Shown here: piece by piece, positions 50,851-63,374 of the stretch
Numbering within the stretch: the stretch's first letter is position 1
How the letters are laid out: every line of letters begins with the position of its first letter
NCBI RefSeq assembly: GCF_008831285.2
Contig: NC_045138.2
Coordinates: forward strand, 31,620,001 to 31,684,000
DNA: 64,000 bases
Direction of reading: 5' to 3'
DNA from: Nymphaea colorata
Taxonomy: Eukaryota
Made by a program: the position numbers and the translations under genes
Notes under the pieces: generated by a model
Seen by the model: the letters and a program-made list of their open reading frames with translations, nothing else
Database searches by the model: none
Told to the model about the DNA's origin: nothing

Positions 50851-51883
50851 TAAGTTTTGCTTGTTGAAGAAGTTTGTAGCCAGGAAAGGGCAAAGGAAAA
50901 TAAAAAATAAACAAACTAGTGACCTACTTCCAATCTCATGAAATTAAAGCAGACCAAGAATGAAAGGTGGTAACCTCAAAAGTGTCTTAAGTTCTGCCTA
51001 CTCATAGGAATTTGACTTAGAATGCAAGCATTAATGCCCTCCAAATGAAGTCATCTACATCATCACACAGAGCTCATGGAAAATATATGTATAGGTGTCT
51101 ACCAGCTCAAGATCATTACTGTGATTACTTTTGATTTTTTGAGAAACTACTCACCATGAACTGATTATGTTGAAGTGATTTCTCATGGTGGTGAATATAA
51201 ATCTTAACAATTCTAGAAACAATTTACATATTTACACATATATTTCATAAAACATGTGGATCGAGTAAATACTAAAATTATTTGAACTGAGTTCTCATGA
51301 GTGAACTTGATTTATGGTTAACAAGATGCTACATACAAAATTGCTTTTTTTTTTTTCAAAATGATCAAACTGTATTTTATCATTTAACTTTGGAAGAAGA
51401 CATTTTATGTATGATACTGGGATAAATTAAACAAGCTGAAAAAATATGCCTTATTAAAGCACATAATTTTCATATTTACATAGTCCACATATTTTATGAA
51501 TTATATATATAGCTTGTAATTTATATTTGAAAAAAAGTCGTTTTATCCTAAACATATACATGCATTTTCTTCATTACGGACTATCCTGATTTGGTTTGAA
51601 TAAAATTCTACAAGAAAATGATTGATCGTTGGCTTGTTAAATATGAATAATTCTTGTTGTACTTGCTCAATTACTACTGCAGCAACGTGTCACTTAATGA
51701 AAATGCCTTTAATCTGCTACAAGCAACCATCAATTCACATTCATTGACAATTATTTTGAATAACAAGTAGTGCGATTGCTAATCAAATATCAGTTTGGTA
51801 TCATTCTATGGTAGACCAATGTATAGATGTGCATGTTATCTCAAACATAACTTATATATTGCTCATTGATATAACTCAATTAG

Positions 51884-51986
<103 letters not shown>

Positions 51987-52389
51987 CTCTATCTCCCTCT
52001 TTCTTTCTGCCTAGATAAGACTATGCAAACTGTAGGTATATACAACCTTGCACTACTGTTTCATACTCGGGTACACATTGGCAGCCACATAATACCAAAA
52101 ATATGTATTTCATTATCATTAACAAAAACCTGAAAACCCCAAGATAGGAATCACGCCGGCACCGGCGAATCTTATTTCACCGGAACAATCCTAGGAGTCG
52201 ACGGCGGTCCGGTCTCCCCGGAGTTAATTCACTTTCCGGGGAAACTGCAGTTACGAACAGACAGGTATCTAAGAGAAGCACAGGAGATGATTTCTACTCT
52301 TGAGTTCTATTTCTTCGCACCATAAGTTAGAAACTGAAGAAGAGCTCCAGATTCAAGCCAGGAAGCAGGAAGCGCTGCGCATTGTTCCG

Positions 52390-52800
52390 TTAATGGTCTG
52401 AGTTTCCCTTAGCCAAGCAGGCTTCCCAGAAGAGCCTGCTCTTCTCCATCTCCAACTTCTTGAAATTGAGAACTGCTTGGCCTTCTGTTTCCATTAGTGA
52501 TGAAGCAGTCACGGCCGCGTAATCTTTTAATTCTTCAGAAATTGATGCACCATATTGATCATCTTGCTCCACCGCCTCCCCACCATTCTGCTCATGATCA
52601 TCTTCATCCCGAACATCACCGCCATCATCAGCATCTTCGTCAGGACATATATTCAGGTCCACGCAACCATCACTGCATGACTCAGCATCATCTTCCGAGA
52701 TGAAGGTCGATGATTCCCCACCTACCACCACCATGGATGGAGTCTCTGAGTCCTCACTCGCTTCCAATCCAAAGAGGTAGCACTCCTGCTGCTTCTCCAT
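52390..52800 (-). CDS. Small acidic (Asp/Glu-rich) plant protein of unknown function, single exon, 136 aa
   Basis: Clean ORF with an aaATGG start, a CT tract and a TATA-like run just upstream. The blocks LFGLEASEDSE, EDDAESCS and EMEKSRLFWEACLA match a pattern I recall from an uncharacterised plant family. Confidence 0.85.
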   Translation of the reverse strand: MEKQQECYLFGLEASEDSETPSMVVVGGESSTFISEDDAESCSDGCVDLNICPDEDADDGGDVRDEDDHEQNGGEAVEQDDQYGASISEELKDYAAVTASSLMETEGQAVLNFKKLEMEKSRLFWEACLAKGNSDH

Positions 52801-53867
52801 TTAGCTACGAGAGAGAGAGAGTACATGTGTGAATATATATATATACGTGTGTGATATTTGAGTGCTGGGAAGGAATCAAATGTAGCATATTAGTGAATGA
52901 ACGATGACTTTGCCTATCAAATCACTCAAACATTTAATATTAAGATATTCATTTGACAAAAATAAATGGTGGAGAGAAAAATAATAGAAAAAAAAGATAT
53001 GAACCAATACTAAATGACGGAAATGTTTATCATCATTTTCTTCTTGTTTGCTTAAATTGTTGGGTAGCTTTTATATATATATATATATGTGTCAATCAAC
53101 TCGCAAAATGAGACATAAAGTGGAAAGCGTGCCATTTTCTAGATGGTCGATGTGCCAAAGGCTAATTCTCATGGTTACTGGTTAGGGTTCCCATTGCTGT
53201 CTTTTATATGAAAAGTTTGGTAGCATATGGAATGAGAATATTTTGTAAGATCGTTCACAGAAGAATGCTTGGATCTTTCTAATAATAATTTAACCTTTGG
53301 ATGCTCCATGCGAAGCCCATACAGTTGTGGTTGTTACCAATGTATTTATGGTTCATCAAACTAAGGATCTAAGGTCGGACGTATCATCATTACTACATTG
53401 AGAAAATGTAGCGTTTGATTTCAAAATTGTGATTCTCAAATCCTGAGGATCTCGAATCCGAGGCTATCAAATGTTCCTTCAAACAAACCATGAAAGTGCA
53501 TTCAAACAAGTGAAAATCGTGTCCTAGTCTTGAAATTTGTTTGCAAAACTACATGATCTCTACCTTGTTTAGCAAGTCCACATCTATGATGGTATATCCC
53601 TAGACTGTTTGATTCTGACAACTATCTACTGCCTAAGTTATCAAACTACTAATAGGGTTGCTGGGTTGTTGGGATGCAAATGGGTTAAATACATGTCCAA
53701 TCATGTTCGATCCGAAGGTCTGATCGTGTACGTCACAAACTAGATCCAAGTGCGGACTAGATCTTACGTTATATTGAATCTAATAAAGTCAGAACAACAT
53801 CAAATTAGTTTTCACACATTATAAACTATGGATCTTGAGAAAGAAATTGAATGGTGACTCTGGCTAT

Positions 53868-54046
53868 CAAGAGTCATCCAGCTCACGCACGAGAGATCCA
53901 CTATGATGGATGGTTGAAAGAAAAACAAGAAGAAAAAGTGATAGACATTTTCATTATAGAGTATTAGTACACACTTTTTTTTTTCTCTCTCGACTGTTCA
54001 TCACAATGGATCAGACAACCTTCATGAGTGAACTTGGCGACTTTGG
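53868..54046. repeat. Imperfect ~180-bp foldback inverted repeat (probable MITE-derived hairpin)
   Basis: Left arm gagtcatccagctcac..gatccactatgatggatggttgaaagaaaaa..aaaagtg is complementary to right arm cacttttt..ctctctcgactgttcatcacaatggatc..gtgaacttggcgactt. Confidence 0.75.
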
Positions 54047-56834
54047 CTCGCTCACTCTGAATGCATAATCACTAGATCAGTAATAAAAGCACAAATTTCT
54101 CTAAGCACGACTAGTTTAGACCCGTACCCGACTAAGATGTCTATCAGGTAGTATTTAGGGACTACAAGAGAGAGTAGATTGAGAAACCAGAAAGATCTAA
54201 AACTTGGAGTTAGATTGCTTGATTTAAAATGCACATACTTTTGTGAAAAAGTTCCTTGTCTTTGTGGCATTATATATTAGCCCTTGGCCTAACAGATACA
54301 GTACTGAATTGAATGTACAAGCTATTTGTGGACCCACTACTGGTTTCTGTCCAGTCTATGTCTTATGAAATGCAGTTTTTATCTTATTTATCTATGAAGT
54401 TGTATAGTCCAAATAATTTTAGAAATTTGTCACTATGTAGACATTCTTTACAAAATTTGGCAAGTCATCTTCAAAGTTTGTGCTCAGGTTTGGAGTCAGG
54501 TAATTTGCATAAGTACCTCCAAATCCTGCAATTAACACTTTTATCATGTGAAAATTTCGGCCTAAGCCAATATTTATCAATACCAGCAAGTGGTAGTCTT
54601 TTTTTTTTTCCTTGGCAGGTTAGATGTGCTAAGGGCACATGCACTGTTGGCCCCCTTACGCCACGTGCCCCTGTCGGGTGGCATTACGGATGTCAATAGA
54701 TCTGATTTAAATGTGATATTGGGCCGAAGCTCATAAAAAAAAGTTGGATGTGAAACAAAATTGATATCTGATTAAGAATTCAGATCAGATTCAGATATAA
54801 AAAATGATAGACGGTTGAGTTTAGATTCATATTTAAGTAAATGTTTGACCTGATTCAAATTCTTATCCGGATCAGACATAGGCTTGAATCAATAACATAT
54901 ATCCAATGTCTATAATGTAGTTTGGATTCAATTTAAAAGTCAGATTCAGATGCTAACTAAAAAGTCAAATTGGGACTATGAATTCAGATTTTGGATTTGG
55001 ATATGGTATAATTCTTTTTTGTCCAGTTCAAATTTGAATTCGACTTTGAAGATATAAATATCCGAAAAAACTGGTATGGTGAAATGTACAGATTTGAATT
55101 TGATCTACTTGGCACAATGATAGGAGGCAAACAATGGTTTGAAACTTAATTGATATGGATTTTGATCTAATTTCAAAATTGCATAAGCTTTGATGTATTT
55201 ACGATGATCTGTCTAGTGTTTGAATAATTACAAATAACTACCTAGGTTCAGAAAATAATTCATGAGCACACATGCTTCAATTAAAAATATTATTTTAGGT
55301 CTAATAAACAATAGAATCCCTATAACTAAGGAGTTTAATTCATGAGCACACATGCTTCAATCGTTTGCTCCACATTTTCCCCTTTTCTTTTTAGTCTAAT
55401 TATTGGAATAAGTGATAATGCCAGAAAACTCCGGTTGAAGGACACTAATACATAGTAGCTAAATTTTTTACCCTTCAAAAAATCGTGGACATTACTTATT
55501 AAAATGATTAAAGTCTATGAATATAAAGACACCAAGATGTAAAGAAACAAATTTTATGGGAACGTGTGGGCAACTGCCCACAAAAAGCAGAGGAAAATGA
55601 GGTTTGTGAAAAATTTTCCTTTTCATTAAGATAAAAAATAGTTTTCTTAAGTATATTCTAGCATTTTCTATTTATGAAGCATGTATTTTCGAAGTACCTT
55701 ATAAGCTTAAGCAATTATTTATAAATTCTCAAACATTAGATGGATATTCTATTAGCATTATCTGCGCGGTTCTCTATATTTGCAAATTTCTCAACAAAAT
55801 ATTAACTTTGTCCTATCGTTGCCAGGAATCGTGCATGAAATCTGTAATATTTATTTTGAACATGCTCCTACGGCAGTCTATATTTGAATTGATTTTGAGT
55901 TGGAGCGAAATAATTAAACACCAACTAAATGACTCTCGTACTATATTAACAATAAAATAAATAAATGGTCATTACTTGCGGCGCACCTTTTTGTTTAAGG
56001 GTTAACTAGAGTATCATATATATACCGCTTGCAGTCTAAAAATGTAGCACTGATGACCAAACTTTTATTGTCCTGCCAATTCGACCAGCTACGCTATACA
56101 CCCCCTCAAAGCATAAGAAAAGTTTTCAAATACCAATAAAAGGGTTTAGAGGGAGGAAAATTTATCAAAGATTTAAAAGGGTTTGGTGTGTGTCCGTAGA
56201 TGAAAAGTAGGAAGGGTAAGATAAAATAGAGAAGGTTGAAGAGTAAACATAGGTAAAGTCGGTGTAAAAAGTAGAGATGCCATTCACATCATTAGACAAT
56301 ATTGATATGAAATTATTTGGATTAGTTCTCCCGTAGTGTTTCGTTTATTTATTTATTTTGCAAGCAGGGAAGAAGCACTTTAAGGTGTCGGTTATTTATA
56401 CATATAACGTGCAAAACATCAAATCGAATTTCTGGTAATGAGAATGAAGTTAGGCAATGTGGTGCATTTACATTTTCATTAGACAATTAAGTGACTCTTT
56501 TGGTCCTAATAATTAGTTCTAATGTTGAAGGAAGGATAAAGCTGACGTTTATGTAGACCTTTTAAGGCAGTTTCTCCGAAATAAACATCAAACTGATTTC
56601 AATGTCATGAACATAGATGTTTATCCGCCCTATAAGCAAATATGCACAGTATCAACCACTCCCCCCAACAAAGGTTGATTCAGACCCTTCAAAATATTGG
56701 CGGATTCACGGCGAATTTATGCCATATCACCATGTATTGCCTCAAAGACCAGGGTTTTGAAGTGTTTTGGGATTCACGAATGTTTATATGGCATGCTTCG
56801 ACAGATAGTTTGAATCTCGTTGGCTCTACAAGGG

Positions 56835-57008
56835 TCTACAAGGGCCATGGCCCCACATCAAAAAAAAAAACCACTTAAAAAAAAGTTACATGTAAACTTT
56901 TAAAATTTTTCACTCTGTTTTATATAAAAATTTTGAAAAATGATATTTTGGTTCACATTAAAACATTAATTCAGCTCCTCTTATAAAAAATTTCTAGCTT
57001 TCTTATGC
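56835..57008. mobile_element. Decayed MITE related to the 42.3-kb element (opposite orientation)
   Basis: Shares gggccatggcccc, ttacatgtaaa..ttaaaa, tttgaaaaat.atattttgg and aaaaattt..tagct in the same order. Confidence 0.6.
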
Positions 57009-57670
57009 CAATGTGTTTTGTTAGTTTATTGGTTCCTTGTTAGTTTATTGGTTCCTGGTTTGGCAATAGAATAACTTTGGGAAGCGTGTATTCAGGTTGT
57101 ACACGATAATAACGTGATTTTTACAATTTTCTATTAATTAATCTGGCTTTATGCTTTTATGTATGCCAGTCTATTTTTCTTGTTGAGTTCGACTTGAAAA
57201 ACCAAATTCCGAAGCACAAGATTTATTATGGACATTTGCAAAATCAACATTTAAATAAATTCACAATTTTTGAAAAATAAAATTAACATTATTGCTTTTT
57301 TTTTTTTGCAGACAAAAAGAACTTAAAATAGCGCGTCATTTACCCCGAGATTTTCCGGTGAAACACGCTGCAGTTATGCCCATCAAGCGGCGGCTCTGCT
57401 GCAAACAAGTGAGGTCGGAAGCCGTTCACCCCGAGCCTTTCAATTCATGGCTTTCGGCCTAAATATTTGATCGGAAATCTGAAAAGTTTTGGTTCCCGAT
57501 TGAACATTGTCCCTGCTTTACTGCGTTTTCGTCGCTCTATTCAATGTAAGGCGAACTATTCTTGGCTTGTCTCAACATCCGATTTCCATGAATGAGTATC
57601 ATGATTCTTGGGGAAAATCAGGGTTTACCCTAAAACCCTGAACTTTTTGTTCTTTTGAACGAATCTCTTG

Positions 57671-59548
57671 ATGGGGAGCAGGAGAAGATGTTCCGGAGGT
57701 TTGCTTAAGGTTCTTAATGTAGGCACTTGTTCTTCATGCCAATCAATGAGTTCTTCCACATTTTACCGCTTCACTAATTTCCGGGTTCAGAAAATCGGGC
57801 TATTCCATTTATGTGATCCCAAAACAGGAAGCTTTCAGCCATTTGGGATACAATTTCGTGATTTCTGTTCTAGCCGCACTTTATATAGCCCTTTAGGTTG
57901 CAGTCTCGCCCATTCTTTTAGTTGTAATCCGATCAGGTTATGGAATAGATGTGGAGGAATCGACATTGCCCACGATGCTGAATCGAGATTTCATATACTC
58001 AAGTTCGCGAAATCGTCGATTTCATTGCATTTGGACAGTGCGCCCTTCTGTTCATCTTCGCTAGAGCAAATTGATGGCTGCAATATTGATGATATCCATG
58101 AAGGGTATTCTTGGTCTGAGGATTGTGAGAAGTTGTTTAGAGCTATAAGTGAGAATTCTGAAGCTGATCAGCGTATGGAGGATGCTCTTGAATCAGCTGG
58201 TGCATCAGTGACTACTGAAACTGTTGGAATGGTGCTTCACCGGCTTCGGTTTGATGAAAAATCAGCGCTGAGGTTCTTCATATGGGCTTCTCAGCAAGAA
58301 GGTTATAGCCACCAACCGCCGACGTATAATGCGATGATCGACATACTTTCTTGCACAAAGTATAAGGCCAAACAGTTTGGGATCGTCTGTGATCTCTTGG
58401 ATTACATGAAACGGAAGAAAAGGAACTATGTACCAATCGAAATGCTTCTCGAGATACTCCGCAAGTACACTGAGAAGAATCTCACGTCCCTTGGGAAGTT
58501 TGCAAAAAAGAAGAAGATCAGAGTCAAGACGAAGCCGGAGATCAATGCATTCAATTTACTGTTAGATTCTCTGTGCAAGAGTGGACTGGTCGGTGAAGCC
58601 GAGTCCATGTTTAAGAAGCTCAAAGCTAAGCTTCCCCCTGACGCAAGGACCTATAACATACTGTTTTTCGGGTGGTGCAGAGCGAGGAAGCCTACGAAGG
58701 CCATGGAAGTGTTGGAAGAAATGATTCAGATGGGGCATACTCCTGAAAATTTCACCTACAATGCTGCCATTGATGCATTCTGCAGAGCTGGGATGGTTTT
58801 GGAGGCTTCTCAACTGTTTGAATTCATGAGGACTAAAGGATCAACCATGTCATCCCCCACAGCGAAAACTTATTGCATCATGATTGTGGCATTGGCGAAG
58901 GCGGATAGGATGGACGAGTGTTTTCAAGTCATTGCAGATATGAGAAATAGCGGTTGTCTTCCTGATGTTTCGACTTATGTAGGATTGGTTGAAGGAATGT
59001 GTTCTGCAGGTAAACTTGAAGAGGCTTATAAATTCTTGGATGAGATGGCAAACAAGGGCTATCCGCCTGATATTCTTACTTACAATTGTTTCCTGAAGGT
59101 TCTCTGCAACCGTAGACAGGTTGATGATGCTTGTGCTCTGTTAGAAAGAATAAAAGTATCAGGTTGTTTGCCAAGCGTGCAGACTTACAATATGCTGATT
59201 ACCATGTTCTTCAACGTGGGCCAAATCGAGAAGGCTACTGAATTATGGAATGAAATGAACAAGATTGGTTGCCCACCAGATATTGATTCTTATTGTACAA
59301 TGATCGATGGACTGTTCAAATCCGGTGACTCTGATAATGCTCGCCTTTTTCTGAATGAGATCATGGAGAAGAGAATTAAACTGCCATATCGAAGATTCGA
59401 TTCATTTTTAATGAGGCTGTCAGCCCTTGGTGATCTGCAAATGATTCATCAGTTATCTGAATACATGCGGAGGTTCTACAACCACGCTATGACAAGGCAT
59501 TTTGTGAGAAGTGAGAAGCGGAAGAGTATGAGCTTGAGAAGAAAATAG
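57671..59548 (+). CDS. P-class pentatricopeptide repeat protein, probably mitochondrial; resembles Arabidopsis At1g73400
   Basis: An uninterrupted 625-codon ORF from ATG 57671 (alternative ATG 57746) with about 10 tandem ~35-aa PPR motifs (AFNLLLDSLCKSG, TYNILFFGWCRAR, TYNAAIDAFCRAG, TYNCFLKVLCN, SYCTMIDGLFKSG). No E/DYW domain. Confidence 0.93.
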   Translation: MGSRRRCSGGLLKVLNVGTCSSCQSMSSSTFYRFTNFRVQKIGLFHLCDPKTGSFQPFGIQFRDFCSSRTLYSPLGCSLAHSFSCNPIRLWNRCGGIDIAHDAESRFHILKFAKSSISLHLDSAPFCSSSLEQIDGCNIDDIHEGYSWSEDCEKLFRAISENSEADQRMEDALESAGASVTTETVGMVLHRLRFDEKSALRFFIWASQQEGYSHQPPTYNAMIDILSCTKYKAKQFGIVCDLLDYMKRKKRNYVPIEMLLEILRKYTEKNLTSLGKFAKKKKIRVKTKPEINAFNLLLDSLCKSGLVGEAESMFKKLKAKLPPDARTYNILFFGWCRARKPTKAMEVLEEMIQMGHTPENFTYNAAIDAFCRAGMVLEASQLFEFMRTKGSTMSSPTAKTYCIMIVALAKADRMDECFQVIADMRNSGCLPDVSTYVGLVEGMCSAGKLEEAYKFLDEMANKGYPPDILTYNCFLKVLCNRRQVDDACALLERIKVSGCLPSVQTYNMLITMFFNVGQIEKATELWNEMNKIGCPPDIDSYCTMIDGLFKSGDSDNARLFLNEIMEKRIKLPYRRFDSFLMRLSALGDLQMIHQLSEYMRRFYNHAMTRHFVRSEKRKSMSLRRK

Positions 59549-60127
59549 TAATCAGCATACACTAAAATGGTATACTTGGTCACATACAGTTTGGTAGGGC
59601 AAGCTTGATGTATCATCTTCTTGGGTATTGGAAAACTTACTGCCTTATTGATGAAAAGAATGCTTCATCAGCACATGCACTTCACATCTCGCATATTATG
59701 CATTGCTTGTTGAGTGGTTAGCTATACAATAGCACTAGTTGATTGCTTCTATCTGCATATTAAGTTCCACTTTTGAAGCTCTCAAATTTTGATCACTCAT
59801 CTGTCCCCTACCAGTCAGCAAACAGCAGTAGTTGATTGATATATCTATGCATCGGGTTGCCTGCTTAGCTTCTTTCCTGGTGAAAGAAAGAACCGATACA
59901 ACTTTTGTTCAGAAAGTCGGCTGTTTCAAGGTGCAGAATTGTCAATTTCAAGTTGCGTCATTTTGCAGGTTAGAAAGATCGAGCTTGTTAGTTTATCACG
60001 GTATTTTGTTGGAAAGATCAACTCTCTACATGTTCTAAAAATTGAGCTGCTGTCTATTTTATGGTGGAGCGAGGCAGGTGCTTCTGAGGCTAATTTCTCT
60101 CTTATTGGAGCACAGCTTTTCGCTTTG

Positions 60128-60280
60128 TTTTTTTGAAGACAAGGGTGAGCGCTGACCACCAAGCCTTAAGAGGCAACACCGTGGGAAAACTCAGGCAACT
60201 GGGTCGCAGGGTTGGGACTTGATCCACGGTTTTCAACTCGGCATTCTTCACATTCCTGTTACCACCTGCCATCAACATCA
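60128..60280 (-). mobile_element. tRNA-derived SINE candidate
   Basis: On the minus strand: A-box-like TGGCAGGTGGTAA (60271-59), B-box-like GGATCAAGTCCC (60225-14) about 33 nt later, and a 3' end CGCTCACCC..AAAAAAA. No clear TSD. Confidence 0.45.
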
Positions 60281-63200
60281 TTCATGCTTGCTGATAGCAC
60301 ACGAGAAGCGATTTTTTGTTTCTATTTTAATTTCCCTGTCCTTTTTCTGTTCAGGTTTATTTATCATATTCCTTTGGGTGTGCATGCACTATCGAAGAAA
60401 ACATGGCGGCTGGGGAGTGGGGAACCTTGTTCTGACAAATCCTGTAGTCTCAGCATAAAATGTTTGTGCTTCTTTGGGAGGCTGTTTGACATAAACTCCT
60501 GTGAGTCGACCAATGCAGATGCACAATTATGAACATGAAAAAGAGATGAAGAAAGGTCGGTTCGTTCTTGCACTTGTTGTTCTTTACTGTTCAAGAAATA
60601 GAAGTCCTTCCAAGGCAATTCTTGTCATGATCAAATTATGGCTGCTCTTTTATTGGATGTTGTATGCCTTGCTATTTTCCTGTTCTTTTCTGTTGATTAA
60701 TCTTTTGATGCCCTTTGATAATTTCTTACAAAATGTCACTAAAGTTCATATTGTTAGGCTGCTGAGAGTGGTGCAGTTTCTGGTGCTGCAGAGATGGCTG
60801 GTGCTGATATGAACCTAACAGGTCTGAGAATACTGAGGATATGGTGGCATTGTCTTGGTTCACTTTCCATGAAGTCCGTGTAGCATCGCCGGTTGTGGAC
60901 TTCAATGTAAAATGGTGGCCATTCGGATTCAAGTCTTAAATACATCTTTTATGAGGTTATTCTTTAACAATATCTTTAACCATTAATCTACGTGCTATAG
61001 CGACAGAAATTATTGTATTACATCCAAAGGGTCACATCGTCTTCTTTTCTTTCGTTTCTCAGATTAGTGGAGAACCACGTCGGCTAAACATGATTATGAT
61101 GCACGGATGTAACTGTCATTAGTCTACTGTATTCTCCGGGATCTCTTTTTAATGAGAACCCAAAAGGCACCCAACCTACAGTTAAATTGAGCACCTAAAT
61201 TAAGACGTGTCAAATACACTTCAATTTTTTGATAAGAACTAATTTATGTTGAAGCAGTTTAGTTATTTTCAGCTGAAATTGGTGGTAGTTGGTATTTGCT
61301 GTTTGCTAATCAGTTGACTTGCCTCAACTCCATCACCAAAATAGAAGTACTGTTCTTGTTCCAACTGCACATAATTGAAGAAAGATACAAGTGAATTCTT
61401 CTTCTTATAGGATCTAGATAAATATCATTGAGGTGCCATGTCCGATCCATAAGGAAAGGTTCTCAATTGTAGCAGGAGAAAAGGTTTTCAATTGCTGCGA
61501 CCTGAAACCAAAAACTTCAGTACATAACAAAATTTTGATGGAAGATGCGAGCCTTGTAAATAGAATATATTAAATACATATGCACGTAACATGTATGCTT
61601 TCAAATTCATCAGGTCAAGGACTTCCCTTGAAGTTATGAGATGCTGCAAGTTCCGTTGAAAAGCACAAAGTTTGATTTTACGTGATTTTCAGTTTCCTCC
61701 TTGTGTATTTGTGAGCAAAAACATATAATCAATATACACCTTTGATCGATTGCTTGTTGAACCATGTGAATCACGTGAAAGCAGGACACTCCAAGTTTGG
61801 GGTCAAGGAGTTTCACAAAACATTCTTGGTGTAGTGAGAAATCTTGATCTCTCTCAATTAAAAAATACAGTATTTGAATTGACGCTGTTTCATTGATTTC
61901 TCGTTTGCGGCATTCTGCACGCATCGTGGCAGGCAAAGATAGTTCTTGTTCCTACTTGGATGCACACATCTACTGCAGCCTTTAAGCATTTGCTGACCTC
62001 CCATCGTTTCCAAACTTGAAATGGTGAAACCATCAAGAAAACTACCCTGCTTGTCAGTTGGTGTTATGATCCAGGCATCTGACTGCTCAGATCGATTGAC
62101 AGTTCTGTGATAACACATGGCAGTTCGGTGATGCTGTTCATGAATATCTAGATAAAGATAAACTAGCAAAGATGCTAACAACCATAAAAAGAAAGAACAT
62201 ACCAGCAGCTGAAATGCAGACTTTGTTGATCGGCAATGGCTTGAGGGAGTCTCTCATGTTTGATCTTCTGTCTGGTTCATTGCCCATATGCTTCCTCATC
62301 CTTAGCTTTTTTCCTACTCGCGTAATGCAAGCAGCCTTTATTTCCTTGTTCCTACTTCAATCTCTCGTACAACCAGCCTTTGTTTATCTCCCTTTCTTTC
62401 TCTCCTAACCAACACTGGCCTTCATCATTCCTTCATCCTCTTTTAATACTACAATTATTGAAACTGTTCATTGACTGTTTGAAACACATCATTAGATCCA
62501 CTTGCTTCAACTTTCATTTTGATAACAGCCTCTGATTGTGGACTAAGCAAGGGATATTTTTCTTTTCCCAAAGTTAAATCTTTGGTTATGGCTTTTTCTT
62601 TCTGATGGTTCTTTTGACAGTCCATGTCTTACGATCAACATTACAAAACCATCCTGCCAAATTGTCTGCAAATGGGTCTTTTATTTTTACGCTAGATTTT
62701 TATCAAAGAGCCCTTGAGGTTAACGATTAATAATTGACAGTCAATAAATTATGATTCTATTAATGATCCAACTGAAAATTTCAGATGCAACACCTGAGCT
62801 TCGTCGACTCAAATGCAAAAACCTGTAATTTCCTTAGATGGTTGGGTAAAAAAGAGTATTTCATTCCAGGGCCCAACAAAAGAGTAGAAGCCCCCATCCC
62901 TACAAGGAACCAAACTTGCTTGTAATATCTCGAGCTAATGCTTCTGTTATACTTCAACTTGATCATGAAATTCAACAAACAAATGTACTTTTATTTTTTT
63001 AAAGAATTACTTTGAAGGCGTATGCTTTGGTGACAAAGTGTCATTGGTTCACTTCAAAAATCAAGAGTTAGCTTGTTCAGGATTGACCCATGCACCCTAG
63101 TTCTACAGAACGAGCTGGGCAAAAATTTGGCCTAAGCTCCAGCTCAAACATTTACGGGATCTTTACGAAACTTGAACATTTCCAACTTTTGAAGTTGAGA

Positions 63201-63374
63201 AAAAGATAATCTTTGTGTTGGTATTTAGGTGTTGCATAAGGAGACTACAGCTTACACTTTGGTTTGTGAAAACATATTATAAATATGAGCTTTAAGTGGC
63301 GGATGTTGAAGCTCCTCTCTCCTTTCCTCTATTCTTAGAGTTCAAGGTTGCTTTGGGATATGAAAGCAAGACAT

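Noticed and set aside
55256..55361. Repeat-spacer-repeat resembling a minimal CRISPR array (also 44063-44220 and 48519-48695)
   Set aside because: Only 2-3 units, a plant nuclear context and no cas genes. Local duplication explains them.
59832..62978. Cluster of 60-107-aa ORFs downstream of the PPR gene
   Set aside because: No recognisable domain or consistent exon chain in the frames examined. They could be UTR or non-coding exons, but this is unsupported.
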